A DNA stretch of 64,000 nucleotides from a virus (lineage: Duplodnaviria > Caudoviricetes). This document shows positions 10,009 to 19,079 of this stretch, piece by piece (position 1 is the first letter of the stretch; every line of letters starts with the position of its first letter). The stretch covers positions 32,001 through 96,000 of the IMG/VR virus record IMGVR_UViG_3300035520_000529; one strand, 5' to 3'. The notes below the pieces were generated by a model, which was not told the origin of the DNA, made no database searches, and saw nothing but the letters and a program-made list of their open reading frames with translations. Made by a program: the position numbers and the translations under genes.

Positions 10009-11713
10009 AATGCTTGGAATAGAATATTATCCAACACCTAGGAAATTAGGAAAGTATTTAGTCAATGACATAGACTTTGCAAAGTTTAGCAATAAATACA
10101 TGACTATATTAGAACCTAGTGCAGGCGATGGAAATCTGTTAGAGAGTTTAATAGAAACTCATAATGAGTTTTGGAACGAAAAAGTATATTTTAAACCATA
10201 CGATAATTACGTTGAGAGAAAAGCCGTTAAGAAGCCTAATAGGTTTAACATAGATTGTATTGAGATAGACTCAAACCTTAAGAGCATTCTAAGGGGTAAG
10301 AAGTTTAAAGTAGTTAATGATGATTTTCTAAAGTTCAAAACGTTCAAACAATATGATTTAATTCTAATGAACCCACCATTCTCAAACGGCGACTTACATC
10401 TATTAAAAGCTATAGATGTAGCAGAAAGCGGTGGCTCTATTAGATGTATCTTGAACGCTGAAACCATAAAGAACCCTTATACTAATACTAGAAAACTACT
10501 ACTTCAAAAGTTAGAATGCTTAAATGCAAAAGTTGAGTATATGACAAGTGCATTTAGCAATGCAGAGCGTTCTACAGACGTTGAAATAGCAATCATTAGA
10601 ATAGACGTTCACAAAGAGTATGAGTGTGACTTATTAAAAAACCTTGAGAGAGATAAATCATTAGAAAAGTTAAGGGATATGATGTTTGAAGAAAATGTAG
10701 AAAATCAAATAATTGAACGTGAGGACACTGTCACTCAGTTAATTAACCGCTACAATGACGAAGTTAGAATGTCAGTTAAAGTTATAAACGAAGTCAACGC
10801 TATCAAACCACTGCTAACAACTGGTTTCAATGAATGTGATAGTCCAATATTAACTTTACACGTAAATGGTATAGACCGTAATTCGGCAAAAGATTATGAA
10901 TGCGATGGTGAAAACTTAATCAATTCAGTAATCAAAGTTATCCGAAAAAAGTATTGGTACGCACTGTTTGAAAGTGATGAACTATCGAAGTTGATGACTG
11001 ATGGTCTTAAGCAACAGTATTACTTACAATTAACCTCAATGAGTGACTATGATTTCAATAAACACAACATCTTACAATTAAAATTAGACCTAGTTAATAA
11101 CTTGCAAGTTAACTTAAACCAAGCGATAGTTTCATGCTTTGACAATTTTACCAAATATCATATGGATGAATATAGTAGTAATGTGCATTATTTTAATGGT
11201 TGGAAAACCAACAAATCATGGTACATTAACAAAAGGGTTATCATTCCAAAGAGCGGTTTAGTAGGTTACCAAGGAAATTGGGATATTTATTATGCTTTAA
11301 AGGATGAGCTGTCCACATTGGAAAAAGTGTTTAACTACCTAGATAATGACTATGACGGAATTTTAAATTCTGAGAATAACATAGTTAAAAAGTTATACGA
11401 TTTTCAGTTTTGTAATAGTAGTAATACTAGTAACGTCATAGTTGGAGAATATTTTGAGATTAAACTCTACAAGAAAGGTACATATCATATACACTTTACC
11501 AACTTGGAACTTCTAAAGAAGTTTAACCTCTACGCTTGTAAAGAAAAGGGTTGGTTACCATTTGGTTACGGCACTAAAGCATATAAAGACTTATCCAGAG
11601 AAGAGAAAGAGATAGTAGATAGTTTTGAGGGCGAGAAGTCTTATAACGAAACCTACGCAAACGCTAGTTACTATCTATCTAACAATAACGAAATTTTAAA
11701 GCTAATGGCTTGA
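10001..11713 (+). CDS. Class I SAM-dependent (amino) DNA methyltransferase with DUF4942-like C-terminal domain
   Basis: YYPTP, ILEPSAGDG, MNPPF. The C-terminal 'GWKTN...YKKGTYHI' region is typical of DUF4942 proteins. Confidence 0.8.
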   Translation: MFKMLGIEYYPTPRKLGKYLVNDIDFAKFSNKYMTILEPSAGDGNLLESLIETHNEFWNEKVYFKPYDNYVERKAVKKPNRFNIDCIEIDSNLKSILRGKKFKVVNDDFLKFKTFKQYDLILMNPPFSNGDLHLLKAIDVAESGGSIRCILNAETIKNPYTNTRKLLLQKLECLNAKVEYMTSAFSNAERSTDVEIAIIRIDVHKEYECDLLKNLERDKSLEKLRDMMFEENVENQIIEREDTVTQLINRYNDEVRMSVKVINEVNAIKPLLTTGFNECDSPILTLHVNGIDRNSAKDYECDGENLINSVIKVIRKKYWYALFESDELSKLMTDGLKQQYYLQLTSMSDYDFNKHNILQLKLDLVNNLQVNLNQAIVSCFDNFTKYHMDEYSSNVHYFNGWKTNKSWYINKRVIIPKSGLVGYQGNWDIYYALKDELSTLEKVFNYLDNDYDGILNSENNIVKKLYDFQFCNSSNTSNVIVGEYFEIKLYKKGTYHIHFTNLELLKKFNLYACKEKGWLPFGYGTKAYKDLSREEKEIVDSFEGEKSYNETYANASYYLSNNNEILKLMA

Positions 11714-11719
11714 TTTAGA

Positions 11720-13063
11720 ATGAGGAAATTCATATTGAAAGAAAGTAATAAATTAAAAGTAGTATCATTATTTTCGGGTTGTGGTGGATTAGACCTTGGG
11801 TTTATCAACGCTGGCTTTGAGATAATATGGGCAAATGACTTTTTCGAGGATGCTGTTAATTCATATCGTAAGAACATAGGACAACACATAGTGTATGGTG
11901 ATATTACTAAAATCTCCAGTTGTGACATACCTAACGGAGCTGATGTCATAATAGGGGGATTCCCTTGCCAAGGGTTTTCTGTCGCCAATATTAAACGTTC
12001 TATGGAGGACAAACGCAACTTCTTGTACAAAGAGATGTTAAGGGTTATCGCTGACAAAAAGCCTAAGTTTTTTGTAGCTGAGAACGTAAAAGGGTTACTA
12101 TCTATCGAGGGTGGAAGAGTGTTTGAGATGATAAAGTCCGACTTTGAGAACCTAAAGGATAGTGATGGCAACATAATCGGCTACAAAGTGGATGCACGAA
12201 TATTAAACTCTGCAGAGTACGGCGTGCCACAAGCACGAGAACGAGTTGTTATTATCGGTAATAGGATTGGAGTGGAGAACCCATACCCTAAGCCAACACA
12301 CTACGTTGTAGGCACATCCAGCAACACTAGTGGACTAATACAAGCAATAACTACAGAGCAAGCTATAGGCTTTTTGGCTAACAAGAAACTAACTAAGAAC
12401 GTCATACATATAAGCAAGGCGGAAATAAATGAACACATCCAAAAGACTGGATTACAAGACGTTGAGGGACTATATTCCATATTGGGGGTAACTCTTGACT
12501 GTGAAGAGATTCTTATAACTAACCACGTAGCATCCGAAAACGTTGCTGATACTTTTTGGGGACGTAAGTATGCAGTTAACCAATCTGACATTTGCGACTA
12601 TCTGCGATATTGGAGGGATAAGAGTGGTTGGACTACTAAGGCAGTTGACGAACATTTCGGATACTCTTACACTGCGGGGCATTGGTTTAGAAAGGATAAC
12701 AAGTCGGGTAGTATCCCCAAGCCTGAAGATTGGTGGGAGCTAAAGAAGATATTCGGCTTTGATGATACGTACGATAAAGCAGTTACTACGTTAGTTGAAA
12801 AAGAGATTCAGTTTGAACAGTCATTACGCATTACCAACTGGGACAGACCTAGCGACACCATCACTGCTACAAGTCCTGAAATACACGTTAACAAAATGCG
12901 TAGACTAAGTGCGAGAGAATGTGCTATCCTACAGACTTTCCCTCTTAGTTATGAGTTTACTGGTAGCTTGAACAAGATGTACACCCAAATTGGAAACGCA
13001 GTCCCAGTTAAACTCGCTACCAAGATAGCTGAGGGAATATATAATGTAATTAAGAAAGGATGA
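11720..13063 (+). CDS. C5-cytosine DNA methyltransferase with HTH-like insertion in the variable region
   Basis: FSGCGG, GGFPCQ, ENV, PQARER, R.LS.RE, QIGNAVP. Confidence 0.9.
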   Translation: MRKFILKESNKLKVVSLFSGCGGLDLGFINAGFEIIWANDFFEDAVNSYRKNIGQHIVYGDITKISSCDIPNGADVIIGGFPCQGFSVANIKRSMEDKRNFLYKEMLRVIADKKPKFFVAENVKGLLSIEGGRVFEMIKSDFENLKDSDGNIIGYKVDARILNSAEYGVPQARERVVIIGNRIGVENPYPKPTHYVVGTSSNTSGLIQAITTEQAIGFLANKKLTKNVIHISKAEINEHIQKTGLQDVEGLYSILGVTLDCEEILITNHVASENVADTFWGRKYAVNQSDICDYLRYWRDKSGWTTKAVDEHFGYSYTAGHWFRKDNKSGSIPKPEDWWELKKIFGFDDTYDKAVTTLVEKEIQFEQSLRITNWDRPSDTITATSPEIHVNKMRRLSARECAILQTFPLSYEFTGSLNKMYTQIGNAVPVKLATKIAEGIYNVIKKG

Positions 13064-13069
13064 TATTTT

Positions 13070-13606
13070 TTGAACTATCATGATATTAAAGTAGACGATT
13101 TAAACAATGGAAGTGGTGTAAGAGTTACACTGTTTGTTAGTGGTTGTGAGCATAACTGTCTTGAATGTCACAACCCACAAACTCATGATGCTAATAGTGG
13201 ACGATTGTTTGATGAGAATGCAAAGAACTATATTTTTGAGTATTTAGCTAAAGATTACATAGACGGCATTACATTAAGTGGTGGTGACCCTCTCTATCCT
13301 ACAAATGTTGAGGATATTTTTGAACTAGTTAGTGAAATAAAAGATAAGTTTCATAACAAGACCATTTGGTTATATACTGGCTATACTTTAGACATTCCGA
13401 ATATATTTACTAGTAACAAGCCTAATTTATTAGAAAAACAGAGATATAATATTATTAGGTTATGTGATGTTGTAGTGGATGGTAACTTTGTTAAATCTTT
13501 AGCAGATATTAATTATCCGTATGCAGGTAGCACTAACCAAAGAGTTATTGATATTCAAAAGAGTTTCTTTAACCAAAAACTAACTCTCTTTGATAATACT
13601 CTATAA
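13070..13606 (+). CDS. nrdG: Anaerobic RNR activating protein (radical SAM)
   Basis: GCEHNCLECHN CxxxCxxC motif, LSGGDPL, GSTNQR. Confidence 0.93.
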   Translation: MNYHDIKVDDLNNGSGVRVTLFVSGCEHNCLECHNPQTHDANSGRLFDENAKNYIFEYLAKDYIDGITLSGGDPLYPTNVEDIFELVSEIKDKFHNKTIWLYTGYTLDIPNIFTSNKPNLLEKQRYNIIRLCDVVVDGNFVKSLADINYPYAGSTNQRVIDIQKSFFNQKLTLFDNTL

Positions 13607-13616
13607 AAGGAAAAAC

Positions 13617-13647
13617 TTAACCTGTACCCAAGTTGGGTACAGGTTAA
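13617..13647. promoter_or_regulatory. Palindromic site copy 3 (candidate parS/operator), upstream of parA promoter
   Basis: Perfect 15-1-15 palindrome TTAACCTGTACCCAA-G-TTGGGTACAGGTTAA. Confidence 0.65.
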
Positions 13648-13664
13648 AAAGTTTAAAATAATTC

Positions 13665-13693
13665 TTGACAATCTGATAAAGCAATGCTATAAT
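13665..13693 (+). promoter_or_regulatory. Sigma-A promoter of parAB operon
   Basis: TTGACA, 17-nt spacer, TG-extended TATAAT. Confidence 0.8.
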
Positions 13694-13727
13694 TAAATCA
13701 TAAAAATTAATTTTGGAGGTGCTTTTT

Positions 13728-14546
13728 ATGATAATTACAATATGTAATTTTAAAGGCGGTGTTGGAAAGACTACAACTTGTCATGCACTAGCAACAGCAA
13801 AAGCATTGCAAGGCAACAAAGTCTTAGTGTTGGACTTAGACGGACAACACTCCTTAACCACATCTTGTGGTGTGGATGTTAAAAAGTTTGGCAATAGTAC
13901 AGTCACCATTAGTGACCTAATTATGGCAGATATTAAAAACATTGACTATGATGTTGATGATGTTCATGAAGCTATCATTGAGTTGAAGAACATAAACTTA
14001 ATTCCATCTACTAAAGTTCTATCATTCTGTGATAAAGAATTGACAATATCTAAAAAAGCAAACGTACTTGAAAATATTCTAAACAAAGTTAAAGATGAGT
14101 ACGATTACATATTTTTGGATTGCTCACCAACTAGAAATAGTCTTTGTGAGAATGCCCTATACGCTACAGATAGTGTTATTATTCCAGTAGAATCGTATTA
14201 TTTAGGTTCTGAGGGATTGTATGACTTTATAGAAATTGTAGATGAGATTAACAATAGGTTTAATAAAAATGTCTATATTGAGGGTATTATTTTAACTATG
14301 TTCCAAAATGCAAACCTTTGCAAGACTGTTAAGTCCTATATTTTAGATGCAATTAAAGGCAAAAATGTGAAGAACGCTATTAAAAGCTCTAAAGGAAACG
14401 AAATAAAAGTGTTTGAGCAGACTATTCCACGTTCCGTAAAGGTTTCCGAAGCTGGGTTATATGGTAAATCTATTATTGAGTATATGCCAAACAATCCAGT
14501 ATCTAAGCAGTATATGAAGATTGCAGAACAAATTAAGGTGGTGTAA
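13728..14546 (+). CDS. parA: ParA/Soj partition ATPase
   Basis: KGGVGKTT deviant Walker A, DLDGQ, DCSP. SD GGAGG before ATG 13728. Confidence 0.92.
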   Translation: MIITICNFKGGVGKTTTCHALATAKALQGNKVLVLDLDGQHSLTTSCGVDVKKFGNSTVTISDLIMADIKNIDYDVDDVHEAIIELKNINLIPSTKVLSFCDKELTISKKANVLENILNKVKDEYDYIFLDCSPTRNSLCENALYATDSVIIPVESYYLGSEGLYDFIEIVDEINNRFNKNVYIEGIILTMFQNANLCKTVKSYILDAIKGKNVKNAIKSSKGNEIKVFEQTIPRSVKVSEAGLYGKSIIEYMPNNPVSKQYMKIAEQIKVV

Positions 14547-14549
14547 ATT

Positions 14550-15467
14550 ATGGGATTGAAAGATAAACTATTAGAAAGCGGAAGTCTAACCGATTATATA
14601 GTGCAAACAAGTGTTGATAATGATGATATAGATATTATACAAATGATAAAGCTAACTAGTCTTGAAATTATCTCTAATCAACCTTTTAAGGAATATGTAA
14701 ACACATCTAGATACCAAAGCTTAAAGGAAAGTGTTAAACTTAATGGAATTACCAACCCTTTGATAGTTAGGCTCACTGACGATGGAAAGTATCAAATACT
14801 ATCGGGCAGACATAGGTATTTAGTAGCTAAAGAACTTAATCTTTTAGAAGTACCTTGTATAGTTAAGAAAAATCTTTCTGATGACGATGCAGAGATAATC
14901 TTACTAGACAGTAACCTATGTCAAAGAGAGGAACTATTACCATCAGAAAAGGCATTTTCATACAAGCAGAAGAACGATATTCTAAAAAGGAAAGGTGTGC
15001 GAACTGACCTATATAATGATAGTAATAAAGGCATAAAGTCGGTTGAAATTATTGCTAGTACTATGGGTAGTAGTAAGAGTGAAGTTATTCGTTACATAAG
15101 ACTTACTAACTTAATCCCTAAATTTTTAGATAGACTAGACAGTAAAACCATGCCAATTAGTGTGGGTTATGCTTTGAGTTTTTTGAGTGAAGATTCGCAA
15201 AAAATAGTCAATGATACTATCGAAAATAACGGTATAATAGTATCGTTAAAGATGGCGAATGCGTTGAAAGAACTATCTAACAATAGTATAAAAGTATCTA
15301 AAGAGGATATTGAGAGAGTGTTATTAAATAGCAGTCCAGTTTCAACCAAAACATCTCTAAAAAAACTTAGAACTGACTATCTATCAACATACTTTTCGGA
15401 TGATACCTCTGATGATGAAATGATTGAAACTATAAAGAAAGCTTTACAGTTGTACTTAAACAAATAG
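14550..15467 (+). CDS. parB: ParB partition protein
   Basis: GITNPLIVR, ILSGRHR (ParB N domain), LDSNLCQRE, GVRTDL and an HTH. Confidence 0.9.
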   Translation: MGLKDKLLESGSLTDYIVQTSVDNDDIDIIQMIKLTSLEIISNQPFKEYVNTSRYQSLKESVKLNGITNPLIVRLTDDGKYQILSGRHRYLVAKELNLLEVPCIVKKNLSDDDAEIILLDSNLCQREELLPSEKAFSYKQKNDILKRKGVRTDLYNDSNKGIKSVEIIASTMGSSKSEVIRYIRLTNLIPKFLDRLDSKTMPISVGYALSFLSEDSQKIVNDTIENNGIIVSLKMANALKELSNNSIKVSKEDIERVLLNSSPVSTKTSLKKLRTDYLSTYFSDDTSDDEMIETIKKALQLYLNK

Positions 15468-15475
15468 CGTGGAGC

Positions 15476-16633
15476 GTGAAAAATAAAATTATGCTATATA
15501 CTTTAATGCACCAAAATATTGAAGTTTTCGACCTAACTTTAGATGAAGATTCGGGTACGATAGTAGAGGTTGGAAAAGTTCACAATCCCGAACATATTCC
15601 TATAGGTGTGTGCTTTGATGGGCAGAACATACCTAAAAGAGAAGTTATACACTGGTGGAATGGTAGGTCTATACCTGTTAGCCGTTCGGGGTTGAGAAAC
15701 TTCATGTTGAAGTTAGACCTTACTGACGTCAACGTGTGGGTAAAAAAGAGCCTAGGTTTGAGTCTATCCGATCAGTATTGGATTAAGCCTAAAGATAGTT
15801 CAATACACTGGGAAGATGTGAACTTTTTCGACAACAACTTTTCGGAAGATATCGGCAAACTGTTAATGGGTTACAAGAGTGATTACGCAGTCTACGATTT
15901 TAAATCTCCTGATAGCACGTCTAATGGTTGGCTAAAAAAACGTTGGACTATCATAGATGGAAAGAGATATTTAATCAAAGGTAGCTCTACACTCTTTCAA
16001 GAGCCTTACAATGAGGTTATAGCTTCACACATTGCAGAAACTTTAGGCATACGCCATCAACCTTACAGACTAATCTACAACGAAAATAAGCCTTACTGCC
16101 AGTGTGAAAACTTTGTAACTCGTGATACCGAACTTGTGGATGCTAGTGCTATTGTGCATAGTGTAGAAAGACTTCCTAATGAGAGTAAGTTTGAACACTT
16201 TAAACGTAGTTGTGAACGTTGGAACATCCCAAACTTTAGTGAGCGTATGGACGAAATGTTAGTGCTAGATTACATTATAGCCAACCAAGATAGACACTTC
16301 GGAAACTTTGGGTTTATCCGAGACGTTAACACTTTGGAGTTCCTAGACTTTGCACCTATATTCGATTGCGGAACTTCATTACGTTATGACACACCCACTA
16401 AATATATTGATATCAGCCTTGACGTTGAGTCACAACCATTCTTAGACACACATTCCCAACAGATAACACTAATCAACGATTGGAGTAAGTTCGACCTATC
16501 CAAACTGGGCAACATCTCCAACTGGATACACAACTTCCTAACCTCGGGAGTAAACTCAATCTTCATAGATGAGGAACGCAGCGAGAAGTTGGCGACACTA
16601 GTCGAACGTAGAATAGACACACTAAAACAGTAG
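15476..16633 (+). CDS. HipA-like/CtkA-like Ser/Thr kinase
   Basis: SLSDQYWIK, GWLKKRW, YNEVIAS, NQDRHFGNFG and APIFDCG kinase motifs. Confidence 0.82.
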   Translation: MKNKIMLYTLMHQNIEVFDLTLDEDSGTIVEVGKVHNPEHIPIGVCFDGQNIPKREVIHWWNGRSIPVSRSGLRNFMLKLDLTDVNVWVKKSLGLSLSDQYWIKPKDSSIHWEDVNFFDNNFSEDIGKLLMGYKSDYAVYDFKSPDSTSNGWLKKRWTIIDGKRYLIKGSSTLFQEPYNEVIASHIAETLGIRHQPYRLIYNENKPYCQCENFVTRDTELVDASAIVHSVERLPNESKFEHFKRSCERWNIPNFSERMDEMLVLDYIIANQDRHFGNFGFIRDVNTLEFLDFAPIFDCGTSLRYDTPTKYIDISLDVESQPFLDTHSQQITLINDWSKFDLSKLGNISNWIHNFLTSGVNSIFIDEERSEKLATLVERRIDTLKQ

Positions 16634-16643
16634 CTATTTTGCG

Positions 16644-16683
16644 AAAAACAATCCCCTACCATAATGGTAGGGGATTAATTTTA
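16644..16683. terminator. Bidirectional terminator between the converging arms
   Basis: aaaaac-aatcccctacca-taa-tggtaggggatt-aatttt between the two stop codons. Confidence 0.75.
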
Positions 16684-17913
16684 TTATGTAGTGTACTTAG
16701 CAACATCACTCTTAGATAACCCAAAGTATGTGTAGAAGTCCGTCCACTTAGTGTTGTACTTCCAAATGGACGAGTTACCACGGATTTCATCACCACGATA
16801 CTTTGAACCAGTACGCACATCTACATGGGTGGCTTGATACTTACTCGAAATGTTCGCAACACCGCCAAAGCCTAAGTCACTAGCTACACAGCACACAATC
16901 TTAGCGGAAATGACACCACTAGAGTTTTTGCAAACTATGTCACTAGCCTTGCCTAAAACGTGCTGACCGCTACCCGAACCACCTACAGCCTTATCGTGGA
17001 CTGATGTTCTGTAGCCACTATTAACAGTGATTGAAGTGCATTTCAAAGTATCAAACAACTTTTCTAACATTTGCACCAAATCATAGGATATTAGCACGTT
17101 ATCGGAGTAGAGGTTACTACCGCTAATACTTGCGAACTCCTTAACTTGGAAATGCTTAGATACGTATGTGTTGCCGTCCTTAGCATAGCTAAACGTCTTA
17201 ACGCCCTCCCATGTGGGATAGCTTGTACTTGATGTTGTAGCGGTTACTGTTATGCTAGTAGTATCGCCATAGCCGTTAAGCTTTTTGGACTGTATCAAAG
17301 TAGGATAGTCTACATAGCAATAGTCGAGGTCTACGTTTCCAGTAATGCCACTAACAGAACCCTTTTCGGAATATTGCCAAACGCCATAGCTACCAGTGTA
17401 TGAACACGCATTAGCGTAGTTTGCTACCCATAGGGCATACCTAGATTTTATGGTATCAGTGTAGTAGTTTGTTAGATAGTTAGGGTTTGCGTAGAAACCA
17501 GCCCACCATCCTTGCGACTCACAGTACTTGCAGAACGCATTCGTCATATCGGAAACTAGTTGCTTAGTGGCTTTGATTCCGTAGGTCTTCTTGATGTATG
17601 TACAACTTTCATCTTCCCAGTCATAGTATACTGGTAGGTCTATCTTGCCACTATACTGGGATATGGTATCTATGCATAGCTTGGCTTCTTTCTGGGCTTG
17701 TGCCACAGTAGAAGCGTATCCAAACCAGTAAATGCCGATATGTAACCCTTGCTCAATAGCACCTTGCATATACTCATGGAGCTTCGTATCCACGTTAGAA
17801 TTTCCGTATCCCGCACGGATAATTACACCTTGTACACCACTATCTTTAACCTTAGCAAAGTCCACAGTGCCGTTGTGGTGCGATAGGTCTATAAGTTTGT
17901 ATTTAACTTCCAT
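16684..17913 (-). CDS. Endolysin: GH25 muramidase plus C-terminal peptidase M15
   Basis: IDLSHHNG, YYDWED, WQYS..G.V.GI.GNVD (GH25). SGYR...H...SQHVLGKASD...HVDVR (M15). Confidence 0.9.
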   Translation of the reverse strand: MEVKYKLIDLSHHNGTVDFAKVKDSGVQGVIIRAGYGNSNVDTKLHEYMQGAIEQGLHIGIYWFGYASTVAQAQKEAKLCIDTISQYSGKIDLPVYYDWEDESCTYIKKTYGIKATKQLVSDMTNAFCKYCESQGWWAGFYANPNYLTNYYTDTIKSRYALWVANYANACSYTGSYGVWQYSEKGSVSGITGNVDLDYCYVDYPTLIQSKKLNGYGDTTSITVTATTSSTSYPTWEGVKTFSYAKDGNTYVSKHFQVKEFASISGSNLYSDNVLISYDLVQMLEKLFDTLKCTSITVNSGYRTSVHDKAVGGSGSGQHVLGKASDIVCKNSSGVISAKIVCCVASDLGFGGVANISSKYQATHVDVRTGSKYRGDEIRGNSSIWKYNTKWTDFYTYFGLSKSDVAKYTT

Positions 17914-17927
17914 AATGTCAATCCTTT

Positions 17928-18269
17928 CTATTCCGTATCATTTCGGAACTCTTCCAAAATGCTTTTTAACTTTTTGGGGAGAGGTACTCCCAGTTTGCCT
18001 ACATTTTCTGTAATGCTTATTGCCTCGTTGAAGATAGCCCATGTACACACCATCGTGTATAGTACATCCTTGCCAAAATAGATTCTATCAATAGTGGAAC
18101 ACATTACTATTATTAGCATGATTAGATACTTTTTGTATAGCCCTTTAGTCATTACAGCACTCTTTAATGTGTGACGTTTGGTGGCTTTTAGTACTCCAGT
18201 TAGCACATCCAAGCAGATAAGCACAAACACTAGGTATATTAGCTTGTTGATAATTAATAAATCGCTCAT
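17928..18269 (-). CDS. Phage holin
   Basis: TM segments with LDVLTG...NEAISITEN..KLGVPLP, directly upstream of the endolysin. Confidence 0.88.
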   Translation of the reverse strand: MSDLLIINKLIYLVFVLICLDVLTGVLKATKRHTLKSAVMTKGLYKKYLIMLIIVMCSTIDRIYFGKDVLYTMVCTWAIFNEAISITENVGKLGVPLPKKLKSILEEFRNDTE

Positions 18270-18287
18270 GTAATCATCCTCTTAGTA

Positions 18288-19076
18288 TTAGTATGTGTAG
18301 TTATACCTTATTGTGGCACTAGTTAGAGGTGTGTTGCCAGTGCTACTAATAGAAATATTACTCCATTGAGCTGATGTACCAGCATAATAAACGTTTTTGA
18401 GCGAGGTAGATAGATAAAAAGCATAGCTATCAATAACAGAAATAGTGTTAGGTATGTATATACTAGTTAAGCTTGTACACTCTGAAAAAACATTTTTTGA
18501 AATAGAAGTAACACCGCTAGGAATCTTTATAGTAACTAAGCTTGTGCAACCATTAAAAGCACCACTACCAATACTTGTAACACCACTGGGAATAACTACA
18601 CTAGTTAAGCTTTCACAACTAGAAAAAGTGTTTTGTTTAATGTATGTGACACCATTTGGGATAATTGCATTAGTTAAGCTTTTGCAACCACTAAAAGCAT
18701 ACTCATCAATAGAAGTAACTGTGTTAGGTATGTCTATATTAGTTAATTTTGTGCAAGATGCAAAGGCTCTATTACCAATAGAAGTAACACCATTAGGAAT
18801 AGTTATACTAGTTAAACATGCATAATTTAAAAAAGCATAACTTCCAATAGAAGTAACACCATCTGGAATATTAGCTTCTATACTAGCACCCGTTAACGTA
18901 CCGCTACTATCAATAGTGTACTCAAAGCCCCCACTAGCATCTATATTTTGCAACTTACTCACAAGGCTATCGAAACTTTCGCTTTTGGAAGCTTCCACAT
19001 CAAAGGAATTAAGCTTGTCTACAAGATCGCCTTTAATGGCAACCAACTTTTCTAAATATTCAGCAATAGTTTGCAT
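18288..19076 (-). CDS. BspA-type leucine-rich-repeat (LRR_5) protein, probable tail/receptor-binding
   Basis: Repeats of IPxGVTSIGxxAFxxCxxL after an N-terminal helical segment. Confidence 0.85.
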   Translation of the reverse strand: MQTIAEYLEKLVAIKGDLVDKLNSFDVEASKSESFDSLVSKLQNIDASGGFEYTIDSSGTLTGASIEANIPDGVTSIGSYAFLNYACLTSITIPNGVTSIGNRAFASCTKLTNIDIPNTVTSIDEYAFSGCKSLTNAIIPNGVTYIKQNTFSSCESLTSVVIPSGVTSIGSGAFNGCTSLVTIKIPSGVTSISKNVFSECTSLTSIYIPNTISVIDSYAFYLSTSLKNVYYAGTSAQWSNISISSTGNTPLTSATIRYNYTY

Positions 19077-19079
19077 TAG

